A stretch of DNA of 64,000 nt from a candidate division WS1 bacterium (GTDB taxonomy: Bacteria > Armatimonadota > Zipacnadia > Zipacnadales > UBA5352): the NCBI GenBank assembly GCA_003566775.1, contig PXBW01000306.1:1359-65358 (forward strand), read 5' to 3'. The translations under genes and the position numbers were made by a program. Below are positions 17,901 through 27,338 of the stretch, piece by piece. Position 1 is the first letter of the stretch; the number at the start of each line of letters is the position of its first letter. The notes under the pieces were generated by a model. The model saw only the letters and a program-made list of their open reading frames with translations. It did not search any database and was not told where the DNA came from.

Positions 17901-19292
17901 GACGCGGAGACAGTCGATGCGCTCGCGGGCGACTTCGACAGCCGGCCGCTGGTCTACTGCGGCGCCGAGTGGTACATCGACAACGAGGTCGTGCCGCCTC
18001 AACCCCCGCCCGGCGCGCCCGGCTTCGAGCGCATGGAGGCGAACCACGATCACTACGCGGACTTCTGGATCCACCATCAGAGGCTCTGGGGCTGGTACGG
18101 CTGCTGGGACTACGGTGACACCCAGCACTATTACAAAGGCGGCTACGGCTGGATCGTGCCGCCGGATCGCCTCGCTGAACTGCTGGTCGATCCCCCGGAC
18201 AACTACGAGGAGATCGACGTGAGACAGTGGCGCATCGGCGACTACGCCCCGGGCGCCGAGTGGGCGTTCGACAACGGGCGCTGGGGCTGGACCAACACCG
18301 AGGGTCTGCCCGGTCTGCTGATGCAGATTCACTACCTGCGCACCGGCGACCGTGACGCCTTCTTCTTCTCCGAGGCGATGGCGCGGCATGTGCGCGACGT
18401 GGACATGCGCCACGCCGGGCAGTGGTTCGGCCGCGGCACCCGCCACGGCGTCCAGCACTGGAGCTGCGGCAACCACGAGGAGCGGCAGACCACGAACTCG
18501 GAGTTCCGCTATCACTACTTCCTCACAGGTGAGCCACGCTCGCGCGACTTCGTGCAGCTTCTCTACGAAGATTACTACTCGCAGGAGAACATTCACAGGC
18601 ACGCCGGCCACAGCGGAAGATCGCAGGGACTGCTCACATGGTGGCTCATGACCGGCGATGACGAGGTGGGCTCGGTCGTCGAGCGGTACATGTCCTGCTT
18701 CCCTGTCGAGGAGGGCATCAGCATCTCGCCGGAGATACGCTTCCCCGAGGTGGAGTGCGTCTCACAGGACGACCGTAACAACGCCAGCATGTTCTTCTGG
18801 ACCTTCGGCGGCGCGCACGCGCTGCTCGAATACTTCTACCTCACCGGGCACGAGGGCCTGCGGCATGCGTTCATCGGGGCCGCCGACCACGCCATGCGGC
18901 AGGGCGACAATCCGGGCAACCTCCGTAAGGCCGTCGCCTTCGCCGCCCTTCACGCGGACGATCCGACCCCCTACCGGGAGTACCTGCAGAGTTACGTCCA
19001 TGCCGCGGACATCATGGTGCAGGTAGTGCCGCACAACCCCGACTTCTACGGCGGGGCGCGCGGGATGCTGCGCGGCTCGGTAGCAGGCTCGCTCTTCTGG
19101 CTCAACGACAAGCTTTACATGATGGCAGCGATCGACGGCGATCCTGAGCTTGACGAACGAAAGCGCGAGCAGATCGAGCGCGTTGACGCCGAGGGCGGCC
19201 GGCCTTACACGCCGTCGCTGCTTAGCTGGCAGTCCGAGTACGATCGCCCCGACCTCGAGGAGTACCTGCGCATCAAGCATCCGCAACCGTGA
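14976..19292 (+). CDS. Very large secreted protein with N-terminal LamG/concanavalin-A-like domain and uncharacterised aromatic-rich C-terminal region (putative polysaccharide-acting enzyme)
   Basis: Signal peptide MKRWQIVSIPLALLVAVPLLGPLALGA. LamG_3-like block (DALTIDVWLRID...GRWHRVTGVFD...ARLYVDGEQVG). GGAGG RBS. This strand was preferred over the 1,132-aa antisense ORF. Confidence 0.65.
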   Translation: MKRWQIVSIPLALLVAVPLLGPLALGANGEGPVALWTFNGEFRRLSRDVASDTHHAIAMGDYEHTEAPGLRAIVLDGVSDFLRVPDDPALVMTDALTIDVWLRIDTDEGGPHCVVDKRGERYRIHVSGGRPMFGLKSADERMDLSGGELQPGRWHRVTGVFDRPEARLYVDGEQVGRTTWDHEISPGGDLIIGSKAGVTDFFPGAIDELRIYDYARSPHPDDEPSTEPIGVIVIDAELAVEEIAGGVRVDTGAAVYELTDDAALRSLTIGEHAVMTDNDLPLLAASIFESAEYDGWRDYAPGEVTEATWRAGEHAYETDDERFVARYTGALDFGGADTIDCELSMEALRGSPFLTATVALTRDGEFTDRFLRDISLRLPLALDRRKRVVQGGDRGIQWNTRHFFQFHVSPTQRLLNEPDHNIWRNFAIDQNSPADFNLWRSESTATPSLSMQRGEQAPGWMAVYDERAGLIFGYRDFAERAPKSLRVHADGPGEARVCLWHEGLRALSPASPQAEVIFGEPHVIDLGVFADEFTFAQPDLALTTHRGLDSLVSDPPNRNEVPFDGINPLAEESAETEAPLITGGVPLPRGAVSDPANVRLQREGADVPLQAKPVGYWPDGSIMWLLLTFPPEGGEVAGAAGTGDALQFDVTRRDGSAGAFTLLYGGDCAAGTPAEALAAEQDGDVVRIDTGRLQLELAADEGWLRSAVLDGREMLSAPGGSFVDFLRTDVIYPSMTAHPEGELDPGAFVPGTIELEEAGPLRAMVKLTGMTTAQDSPRMVLRLEAYAGRSCARIEQSVEFLHPDPREAFVRRMGLELPIVDAGGTVTAGGQDGPVALEGGRRAGLRQHSHLGYTAWSQRAEERFLRIGEAQNRSRGWLDVSGEDGGVAMMIRDAWQNFPTEIVLDAGDGRMTAYFWPESEPLMDVRRYSNYPHRSQGESTPSDSSWVSDVFYENEPFVGVTRTHELLIAFHGPEVDAETVDALAGDFDSRPLVYCGAEWYIDNEVVPPQPPPGAPGFERMEANHDHYADFWIHHQRLWGWYGCWDYGDTQHYYKGGYGWIVPPDRLAELLVDPPDNYEEIDVRQWRIGDYAPGAEWAFDNGRWGWTNTEGLPGLLMQIHYLRTGDRDAFFFSEAMARHVRDVDMRHAGQWFGRGTRHGVQHWSCGNHEERQTTNSEFRYHYFLTGEPRSRDFVQLLYEDYYSQENIHRHAGHSGRSQGLLTWWLMTGDDEVGSVVERYMSCFPVEEGISISPEIRFPEVECVSQDDRNNASMFFWTFGGAHALLEYFYLTGHEGLRHAFIGAADHAMRQGDNPGNLRKAVAFAALHADDPTPYREYLQSYVHAADIMVQVVPHNPDFYGGARGMLRGSVAGSLFWLNDKLYMMAAIDGDPELDERKREQIERVDAEGGRPYTPSLLSWQSEYDRPDLEEYLRIKHPQP

Positions 19293-19305
19293 GGAGCATC
19301 CCGGC

Positions 19306-20295
19306 ATGATCACAGCAGAACAGGTCAAGCAGTGCGCGCTGGCATCGGGCGCGGATGTCGTCGGCATCGGCGACATCGAGCGCTTCGAGGGCGCGCCGCT
19401 GCAGAGCGATCCGCGCTACATCTTCCCCGAGGCGAAGTCGATCATCGGCCTCGGCTTCCGCATCCACCGAGGGCTGCTTCGCGGGATCGAGGAGGGCACC
19501 TTCTTCGCCGCCTATCCCTCGATGGGCTACGCCAACATCAACGACGTCTACGCGCCGATAGCCCTGCGCGAGATCGGCGACTTCCTCGAGGACAACCGCT
19601 ACGAGGCGGTGCTCTATCAGAACACTTCGGTCCGCCTCGGCACCGGCGTGGGCGAGCCCGTGCGTGAGGGCCTGCCGAAGCCGGATGTCTTCCTGCACTT
19701 TCGCATCGCCGCGTACCTGTGCGGGATGGGCGAGATCGGCTGGAGCAAGGTCTTCCTCACGCCGCGCTTCGGCCCGCGCCAGCGCTTCGCCTTCATCATC
19801 ACGGACGCCCCGCTGGAGCCCGATCCGATCTACGAGGGCGAGCCGCTGTGCGACCGCTGCCTGCGCTGCGTGGCCGAGTGTCCCGGCAACGCGATCGGCG
19901 ACGACGAGTCGGTGAAGGTGACGCTGGCAGGCCACGAGGTCGAGTGGGGCGCGCTCGATGAGGAACGCTGCGCGGCGGTCTATCAGGTCGGCACGCGCGA
20001 GTACTCGCCCTTCCTGCCCGAGCACGTCGCGGACTACGTGGACACGCTCATCAGCGAGGAGCGGGGCGAGGGGCGCAGCGAGATGCTCTCCTACGCCGGC
20101 TCGGGCGCATTCCGCTTCGCCAACACCGAGGTGCCCTACTCCACGCGGGCGTGGGAGAGCTACCACCATCCGTCGGCGATCTGCGGCAGCCGCGGTTGCA
20201 TGCGCGCGTGCATGATCCACCTCGAAGAGCGCGGCGCGCTGGAGAACGAGTTCGAGAATCGCTTCCGCATCCGCAAACCGTGGAGGCTGGACTGA
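19306..20295 (+). CDS. QueG-like iron-sulfur protein (epoxyqueuosine reductase / reductive-dehalogenase-like 4Fe-4S domain)
   Basis: QueG-like N-terminus (QVKQCALASGADVVGIGDIERF), CDRCLRCVAECPGNAI 4Fe-4S motif and a C-terminal Cys cluster CGSRGCMRACMIH. ATG at 19306, 14 nt after the upstream stop, with a GAGGAG RBS. Confidence 0.5.
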   Translation: MITAEQVKQCALASGADVVGIGDIERFEGAPLQSDPRYIFPEAKSIIGLGFRIHRGLLRGIEEGTFFAAYPSMGYANINDVYAPIALREIGDFLEDNRYEAVLYQNTSVRLGTGVGEPVREGLPKPDVFLHFRIAAYLCGMGEIGWSKVFLTPRFGPRQRFAFIITDAPLEPDPIYEGEPLCDRCLRCVAECPGNAIGDDESVKVTLAGHEVEWGALDEERCAAVYQVGTREYSPFLPEHVADYVDTLISEERGEGRSEMLSYAGSGAFRFANTEVPYSTRAWESYHHPSAICGSRGCMRACMIHLEERGALENEFENRFRIRKPWRLD

Positions 20296-20531
20296 GCGGC
20301 GCGCACGTCAGCCAGTAATCTCACCCTTCAGCAGCCGTTGGTCTTGCACAGCGCCGCATGGGAGAGGTGTTGAAGGAGGTATGGCGAAAGGAGATACGGT
20401 GAACCGATCGTATCTTCATCGCCCGGCTTGCCGACCTGACCTGATCTACGGAAGTAGATGAAGGCTAAGTGAGTTCGGACGGCGATTGCCTCTGGCGCGA
20501 TACGGTGCCTTGCAGAGGAGGAGATGTGGGG

Positions 20532-21146
20532 ATGGTTACCGTCAATCGAAGAGGTTTCACACTTATCGAATTGCTCGTGGTGATCGCCATCATTGCGATC
20601 CTCGCAGCGATCCTGTTCCCGGTGTTCTCAAGAGCCCGGGAGAGGGCACGTCAGATCTCATGTCTGTCGAACGTGAGACAACTCGCCGTCGGCACCCTGA
20701 TGTACGCGCAGGACTACGATGAGGTACTGCCTGTCGCCATCGGTGGTCTTCCCGACTGGAGCATGTTCTGGAGCACTGTGGAACTGCTCCAGCCGTACGT
20801 CAGGAACACTCAGATCAGCATGTGCCCCTCCGACCCGGAGGGGTCTGTGAACTTCACCGACTTCAGCGGCCTCGGCCGCTACAGCTACGTCTGGAACCGT
20901 GCCGCGTTCGCCTACATGGTCCCTGGTATGCCCGAAGGTACGGTTCGCAGCCTTGCGAGCATACCGCTACCAACTGAGACGCCCTGCTTTTTCGATGGAA
21001 CCATGGTGGGTATGGCGCTCTGGACGGAAGCTCGACATAATGAGGGCCTGAATGTCTCTTTCTTTGACGGGCATGCCAGATGGAACCACCGTGATCAGCC
21101 GCCCGAGGGCTGCACAAGCCAGGACTATCACGTGATCCCGCGGTAG
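20532..21146 (+). CDS. Prepilin-type N-terminal cleavage/methylation domain protein, DUF1559 (H-X9-DG) family
   Basis: [26 protein letters not shown]-terminus. C-terminal [19 protein letters not shown]. Confidence 0.75.
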   Translation: MVTVNRRGFTLIELLVVIAIIAILAAILFPVFSRARERARQISCLSNVRQLAVGTLMYAQDYDEVLPVAIGGLPDWSMFWSTVELLQPYVRNTQISMCPSDPEGSVNFTDFSGLGRYSYVWNRAAFAYMVPGMPEGTVRSLASIPLPTETPCFFDGTMVGMALWTEARHNEGLNVSFFDGHARWNHRDQPPEGCTSQDYHVIPR

Positions 21147-21368
21147 CATTGTAGCGCAAACTTGATGATGTCTCGCGATCTAAGGATGGTGATGCGTGCC
21201 GATTGCACCAGACCGACGCCGGTATCTCGATAAGTGCACGCCGGACAATGCCTGGTTGATGGAAGGATGCCGTCTTCAGGGGTTATTGAGAACGCTGTTA
21301 GTATGGTCAACTGTCAACAGACCTCATTCAGGATCGCACAAGACGATCCGCGAAGGGAGAGCATCAAA

Positions 21369-22877
21369 GTGTCCAATGACAGGGAGAAGCTGACAACCGG
21401 CTCCGGAATGCCCGTTGACGACGATCAAAATTCAGCTACGGCGGGGCCTGACGGACCGGTCCTCATGCAGGATGTGCATCTGACTGAGAAACTGGCCCAC
21501 TTCGACAGGGAGCGCATCCCTGAGAGGGTGGTACACGCCAAAGGGGCGGGAGCACACGGATTCTTCGAAGTTAGCGCCGATGTGACCGAGTACACTCGAG
21601 CCAGTTTTCTGTCGGAGGTCGGTAAGCGGACGGACGTGTTCGTGCGCTTTTCCACAGTCGGCGGTGAGAAGGGATCGGCCGATTCCGAACGCGACCCGCG
21701 CGGCTTCGCGGTGAAGTTCTACACCGAAGAAGGCAACTACGACCTCGTCGGCAACAACACTCCGGTGTTCTTCATTCGCGATCCACTTAAGTTTCCGGAC
21801 TTCATCCATACACAGAAACGTGACCCGGCATCCAACCTGAAGGATCCGGACATGTTCTGGGACTTCCTCTCTCTGACCCCGGAATCTCTTCATCAGGTCA
21901 CCATCCTTTTCTCGGATCGCGGCACCCCGCGAACCTACCGTAACATGAACGGCTACAGCAGCCACACGTACATGTGGTACAACGAGTCCGGTGACTACGT
22001 GTGGGTACAGTACCACTTCAAGACCGAGCAGGGCATAGAGAACTTCACGGGTGAGGAAGCGGATGAGATGCGCGGCACCGATCCTGACCACGCCACCCGC
22101 GATCTCTACGAGGCCATCGAGCAGGGCGACTTCCCTTCATGGCGTCTCGAGATGCAGATCATGACCCCGGAAGAGGCCGAGAGCTATCGCTTTGATCCGT
22201 TCGACATCACCAAGGTCTGGCCACACGAGGACTTTCCGCCCATCGAGATCGGGCGGATGGTGCTGAACCGTAATCCGGAGAACTACTTCGCCGAGGTCGA
22301 GCAAGCTGCATTCGCTCCTGCGAACTTAGTGCCGGGTATCGGCCCATCCCCCGATAAGATGCTGCAGGGCCGCCTGTTCAGCTATCCCGACACCCAGCGC
22401 CATCGCCTCGGCCCCAACTACCATCTACTGCCCATCAACGCTCCGAAGTGCCCGATGCACAGCTATCAGCGTGACGGAGCGATGCGGCACGATGACAACG
22501 ATGGCGGCGGTCCGAACTACTGGCCCAACAGCTTCGGCGGGCCAGGCCCCGACCCGAGCTACGCGGTCCCGGCGATCGACGTCGCGGGCATGGCCGCGCG
22601 ACACGCCTACGAACTCGCTGACGTGGACTTCGTCCAGCCGGGCAACCTCTATCGCGACGTAATGACCGATCAGGATCGTGAGAACCTCGTCAGCAACATA
22701 GTGGATCATCTGAGCGGCGCACAGCAGCGCCTGCAGCTTCGGCAGTGCGCTCTGTTCTACAAGGCGGATGAAGACTACGGTACCCGCGTAGCCGAGGGAC
22801 TGGGACTGGATCTCGAGGAGGTCGCTGGTTTGGCGGAGATGTCACAGGAAGATCGCGTCAGCGCCACATCTGCCTGA
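21369..22877 (+). CDS. katA: Monofunctional heme catalase
   Basis: Canonical [31 protein letters not shown] and other catalase blocks along the full length. Start uncertain: GTG at 21369 (AAGGGAGA RBS) or ATG at 21304. Confidence 0.9.
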   Translation: MSNDREKLTTGSGMPVDDDQNSATAGPDGPVLMQDVHLTEKLAHFDRERIPERVVHAKGAGAHGFFEVSADVTEYTRASFLSEVGKRTDVFVRFSTVGGEKGSADSERDPRGFAVKFYTEEGNYDLVGNNTPVFFIRDPLKFPDFIHTQKRDPASNLKDPDMFWDFLSLTPESLHQVTILFSDRGTPRTYRNMNGYSSHTYMWYNESGDYVWVQYHFKTEQGIENFTGEEADEMRGTDPDHATRDLYEAIEQGDFPSWRLEMQIMTPEEAESYRFDPFDITKVWPHEDFPPIEIGRMVLNRNPENYFAEVEQAAFAPANLVPGIGPSPDKMLQGRLFSYPDTQRHRLGPNYHLLPINAPKCPMHSYQRDGAMRHDDNDGGGPNYWPNSFGGPGPDPSYAVPAIDVAGMAARHAYELADVDFVQPGNLYRDVMTDQDRENLVSNIVDHLSGAQQRLQLRQCALFYKADEDYGTRVAEGLGLDLEEVAGLAEMSQEDRVSATSA

Positions 22878-22933
22878 TCCACAGCGCCGCCACTGAGCCG
22901 ATGCACTGAAGCAGTTCACGGGCCGGACCGGTG

Positions 22934-23410
22934 TCACTCACCTGTCCGGCCCGGATCGTCTCTGAGGGGGCGGATCGACATGACGTGAACGGTGACCCCG
23001 ATGGCGATTATCAGCAGCAGTACTCGAATCAGCGTCATCTCCACCACGAATATGGCCGAAGTCGCTATGCTGAACCAGAGCAGAGAAATGGTGAATACCT
23101 TCGCACTTACAGGTATGCCCTCTCCACTCAGATAGGCTCCTACGTAGCGGCCGAGGACCCTGTGGTTGATCAGCCATTGGTAAAGCCGTCGCGAACTGCG
23201 TAAGTAGCAAGCCGCAGCCAGGAGGAGAAAAGGAGTGGTTGGCACAAGGGGCATTACCACTCCAATGGTTCCAAGTATCACGCACACGGAGCCTGCCGCA
23301 ATCAGGCCCCACTTCTTCGCTCCGGTGCTCCCCTCCCATCGCTCACTATCGGTATGTCGATTGTCATCCCAACTGGTTTTCGAGGCTATCAGTATTCGCC
23401 TCCACACCAT
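22934..23410 (-). CDS. YbaN/DUF454 family inner-membrane protein
   Basis: VVMPLVPTTPFLLLAAACYLRSSRRLYQWL is typical of DUF454. The start was chosen at the internal MVWRR to avoid overlap with the convergent heparinase gene; this is uncertain. Confidence 0.5.
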   Translation of the reverse strand: MVWRRILIASKTSWDDNRHTDSERWEGSTGAKKWGLIAAGSVCVILGTIGVVMPLVPTTPFLLLAAACYLRSSRRLYQWLINHRVLGRYVGAYLSGEGIPVSAKVFTISLLWFSIATSAIFVVEMTLIRVLLLIIAIGVTVHVMSIRPLRDDPGRTGE

Positions 23411-23414
23411 ACCA

Positions 23415-25817
23415 TTATCGGGCCGGCAGAGCCACGATCCGGCGTCCATCTTCGCCTCTGTGGGCGACCACACAGCTCGCGTCGGTTCTCAGTGTCTCGC
23501 CCCAGGGCGTCTCGAAGCTCATCTCGCCATTCTCACGGCGGAACGCGATGGCCACGTCCTCGGTCCGCAGGACATCGCAGTTTGAGCCGGATCCATGTGC
23601 GATTTCCGGGACAGTCTCATCGGCATCACTGATCTGCATGCTGACAAGGAACGTTGCCTGCTCCTGCGACGGGGTGACGAGGCTCAGCATGTTGATATCG
23701 GCTTCCCCTTCCGGAGTGGTGTCGTGCTCTCCGTGCCGGGTCTGCAGGGTGTAGACCGGACGGTAGGTCGTCGTGTGCGCCTCTATGGTGTCGGGCTTGT
23801 GCGCCCTAACAAGGAGGCGCGCGTCACCCCGAGCAATCGACCACATGGCCGCCTCGGCCGAGATCTCGCCGTAGTGATGGAGCAGCCAACTGAAGCTCGC
23901 TGCCGGGTCGGCCGCGAGGCGATCGTGCACGATCACCAGATCGCGCCCGATCATCGCCAGTGTCCGCTCGAATCGCGCCAGTCCCAACTCCTCGGGATAG
24001 GCTGAGGACGGGTCTGCGACGGTGATCAGCACGTCACCCTCACTGACGAAGTCGGTGATGTGCGCTCGTCCGGGATTTGGTTGCGGCCATGCCACGCCAT
24101 CGCCGAACTGTCCCTCGCCATTCACGAGAATGGTGTTGTGATCGCGCGTCCGCTTCTCGTAGGTGTGTCCAGGTTCATCGACCAGCGTTTCGCCACGACC
24201 GTGGATCAGAAAGTGTCCCTGGTGCGGATGACTGTGCCCGAGGCCGGAGACACGCCGATATCGCGCGCACAGTTCAGCATACTTGTGCCCGCCCATCGGC
24301 CGACTGACGAAGGCCAACCATGTGTCATCGTCATCCCACCCGGTGCGCGCGAAAACCGTCTCGACGTCCGGATAGTACCGCGCCGTCGGGAGAGCGTCCC
24401 GCGGATCAACACTCTCCAGTGTCTCATCAAGCCACAGCAGTTTGAACGACCATGGCTTGGGCTCCTCCCACATCAGATCGGCAATACCCATGACCACCGG
24501 ATCCTGATATCGTTTCGCCTCCCAGGCGATGACCCGCACCGCGGGCTTGCCCCACAGCCGCTGCGTGTCCTCAAGGGGCGCGGTGTGCTCGAGGCCGGGA
24601 AGCAGATGGCGAAAGCGAAACTCCGCCTGCCCGTGCAGGCCGTCATCGCCAGCGGGGATGGGCAGACCAGTGAAGCTCTCGTAGAGATCGACGAGCCTGT
24701 AGAGTGTGGGCATGGAGAAGTCCCAGTAGGCGGCACCCTCGTGAAACCCGCCATCAGGGCTGAATGACAGGAAGATCCTTTCGGCCCGATCGAGCGACCA
24801 GCCGAGCCACTCCTCGGCCTCGGGTACCTCACCGTAAACAGCAGCGGACCCAAGCATCAGTCCAAGAGCAGCAAACCAGGTGTGATTCTGCTGGAAGTTC
24901 CCTCCGCCGAAATCGCCTGCTTCGCGGATAATCCCCTCGTAAACCTGCCGGGAGAGCCTGACGATGAGGTCCCGGGTGCGCCGTCGGGTGTCATCGGGCA
25001 GGTCATGATAGAGCCAGTCATACGTGAGCGCGACACCTCTGAGAATGAACTCATACTGCAGATCGTTGTCAAAACCGGGACAGTCGGCTGCGGCGTCTAA
25101 CCATGCGACGATACCCTCGAGATGCTCGGGATCTTCGGTCAGGAGGTATGCCAATGCATGATGCTTCAAACCGCGGTACTGCCCGGCCTCTGCTGTCCCT
25201 ACGAATGCGGGCGGCTCAGCGCGGCGTGGACCGGGCACACGGTAGAAATGCTGTACGCGCGGATCCTCGACCCGTTCCCGCAGGCGCGGAATGTCCTCTT
25301 CGGTGATGAAGATGCGCGGCCGAGCCTCGGCAAGCTCGGGACGCATCGGTGGACGCGGAGGCGTGTATCGGAAGCTTCGCACAGTGAGGTCACTGACAAG
25401 GGCGTCGCCATCGAAGCCGAGGACGAGGTTATGGGTGCCGCGGCTTTCGACGCTGAATGCGATCGCATGCGTTGCCTCCTCGCCGCTGAGGACAACCGGC
25501 CGATGGATCCACGCAGGCTCTCCACCGACCTCAAGCGAGCACTCCGCTGCCTCTTCGGCCGCCCGCCCCGTGATCGACAAAGCATATGTGCCCGGTTCGA
25601 AATCCACCGACATTGACAGGTGGCCGCCGGCGTCAACGCGGGCGCTGCCGTCCGCCGACAGTTCAGCAGGGTCATCGACGAGATCCCGGCCGGCTGATGT
25701 GGCGACGACCTCAATCGATCGGTGTGGTGTTGCCACAAGATCATCGAGGTCTACACCGGAATACTGTGCTGTCTGTAGTGTGGCCATGGCTCCCGCAAGC
25801 AAAATACACTGGAACAT
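23415..25817 (-). CDS. Secreted heparinase II/III-like family protein (polysaccharide lyase-like)
   Basis: Signal peptide MFQCILLAGAMATLQTAQ. C-terminal heparinase II/III-type block GHSHPHQGHFLIHGRGETLVDEPG. AGGAGTG RBS. Confidence 0.7.
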   Translation of the reverse strand: MFQCILLAGAMATLQTAQYSGVDLDDLVATPHRSIEVVATSAGRDLVDDPAELSADGSARVDAGGHLSMSVDFEPGTYALSITGRAAEEAAECSLEVGGEPAWIHRPVVLSGEEATHAIAFSVESRGTHNLVLGFDGDALVSDLTVRSFRYTPPRPPMRPELAEARPRIFITEEDIPRLRERVEDPRVQHFYRVPGPRRAEPPAFVGTAEAGQYRGLKHHALAYLLTEDPEHLEGIVAWLDAAADCPGFDNDLQYEFILRGVALTYDWLYHDLPDDTRRRTRDLIVRLSRQVYEGIIREAGDFGGGNFQQNHTWFAALGLMLGSAAVYGEVPEAEEWLGWSLDRAERIFLSFSPDGGFHEGAAYWDFSMPTLYRLVDLYESFTGLPIPAGDDGLHGQAEFRFRHLLPGLEHTAPLEDTQRLWGKPAVRVIAWEAKRYQDPVVMGIADLMWEEPKPWSFKLLWLDETLESVDPRDALPTARYYPDVETVFARTGWDDDDTWLAFVSRPMGGHKYAELCARYRRVSGLGHSHPHQGHFLIHGRGETLVDEPGHTYEKRTRDHNTILVNGEGQFGDGVAWPQPNPGRAHITDFVSEGDVLITVADPSSAYPEELGLARFERTLAMIGRDLVIVHDRLAADPAASFSWLLHHYGEISAEAAMWSIARGDARLLVRAHKPDTIEAHTTTYRPVYTLQTRHGEHDTTPEGEADINMLSLVTPSQEQATFLVSMQISDADETVPEIAHGSGSNCDVLRTEDVAIAFRRENGEMSFETPWGETLRTDASCVVAHRGEDGRRIVALPAR

Positions 25818-26253
25818 CTATCGGCACTCCTACGGTTAGTGATATGCGGATCGGATGTCCGAGGCTGCTGGCAACTGCGTAGCTACTCAACTTACTACCT
25901 ATCTCATGGGTAGAGTGTATTCCCTCCCGCAGTATTGTCAAGGGCGCGATTGAACTCCTCATGCGCCAGTCCCAAGTCGGTGGTGAAGCCTGCGCTCGTC
26001 GCCATGATCGCAGGAGAACTGACAATCATGCAAATCGGAACCCGGGGAGATTTTCCGAGATATGACGCGAGAGAGCCATTCCTGTACCCCAGCGCCTTTT
26101 GCCGGCGAAGAGGCTGATTCGTGTGAATCCGGCCCGATCCCTGAGAGCTGAACGCTCCGGGGGGAGAAGTCGCCCGGGCGTCGAATCGACTCCATGACGA
26201 GCCTGCAAGCGGGTCCCCCATACGGGGGTGACTTCCATGAGGAGGCAGCGAGG

Positions 26254-26880
26254 ATGGAGATAGGGATCATCGGTACCGGAAACATGGGGCATGCTCTGGC
26301 GGAAGCACTCTCAAATGCGGGGCACAGCATAATGATAGGGTCACGCGACCCGCAGCGGGGGCAGAATACTGCAGAACAGTTCGGTCCCACCGTGTCGGGT
26401 GGCTCGAATGCTGAGGCGGCGGAGTTCTCGGACGTGATCGTTCTTGCGATACCCTTCGAAGGGTACGAGGAGGTAATCGACGAGTGCGGATCGCTCGCCG
26501 GTAAGACGATCATCGACGTCAGCAACCCGGTCGATTTCCGGAACCTTCAGATACAGGTCGGCAACGAGACATCCGGTGCTGAGGAGATCGCCGGACTGGC
26601 TCCGGATGCGTCGGTGGTCAAGGCCCTTAACGCGATCCACGCCGAGGTCATAGTTGAGCCCGAGTTCGATGACGATCGGCCGCCGGTCTTCTACTGTGGC
26701 GATGACGAGGATGCCAAAAGTATTGTAGCTGAGCTTATCGAGGACTGTGGGCTGGACGCGATAGACAGCGGCCCGCTGAAGGCAGCGCGCTATCTGGAGC
26801 CGATGGCGGGGCTGCTCGTGCAACTCTCGATGATGGAGGACCGTGGCGTCGACAACGCGTTCTTCTTCTTCGAGCGATAG
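26254..26880 (+). CDS. NADP oxidoreductase, coenzyme F420-dependent family (NpdG-like) / pyrroline-5-carboxylate-reductase-like dinucleotide-binding protein
   Basis: MEIGIIGTGNMGHALAEALSNAGHSIMIGSRDPQ Rossmann N-terminus typical of this family. GGAGG RBS. Confidence 0.55.
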   Translation: MEIGIIGTGNMGHALAEALSNAGHSIMIGSRDPQRGQNTAEQFGPTVSGGSNAEAAEFSDVIVLAIPFEGYEEVIDECGSLAGKTIIDVSNPVDFRNLQIQVGNETSGAEEIAGLAPDASVVKALNAIHAEVIVEPEFDDDRPPVFYCGDDEDAKSIVAELIEDCGLDAIDSGPLKAARYLEPMAGLLVQLSMMEDRGVDNAFFFFER

Positions 26881-27338
26881 AGCGTCGCCGCATTCCGCTA
26901 CGCCCGGCGCGCTGATCGACTTTCGGATCGATCGGCGCTTTGATGGGCCGACGGGAGGAACCTGCATGCCTCGAATTCCCGTGGGCCTTCAACGGAGTAG
27001 CTTTCGACGATTCGCTCATCGCCTGCATACGACGATCCACCAGCCACGGTGTGCCACTTATGGCTCTTGGGCAGACGCGTTATGGGACGAACTTCTCAAG
27101 TCAATGGTGGGCCCTGCACCCGGTCACGCTTCGGACCTGCGAATGACCAGGAAGCTGCACCTCCCCGCTGATGTGCACCGCACGATGGGACTGGAGCAGT
27201 CGAACTATCGCCCACCGTGGTGGTGGTTCCTTGCAGCAGACCCGCAGGGAGCGTGGCTGACCGAGTTGGCTGAGACCGCGACCATGCGGAGAGATCCGCT
27301 TGGCCTGAAGATGTGAAGAGGACGGGGAGGCGAGGGGG

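Noticed and set aside
17778-18611. 277-aa minus-strand ORF
   Set aside because: Antisense to the middle of the LamG giant gene; no motifs.
19273-20220. 315-aa minus-strand ORF and several 60-110-aa ORFs over 19300-20300
   Set aside because: They are antisense or frame-shifted shadows of the QueG-like Fe-S gene, and are Arg/Ala-rich.
22920-22952. GC-rich hairpin GGGCCGGAC...GTCCGGCCC between catalase and ybaN
   Set aside because: It overlaps the last codons of the ybaN-like ORF. It has a long 15-nt loop and no U-tract. It is too weak to call a terminator.
24060-24767. 235-aa plus-strand ORF
   Set aside because: Antisense to the heparinase II/III-like gene.
26341-26967. 208-aa minus-strand ORF
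   Set aside because: Antisense to the F420/NADP-type reductase gene.
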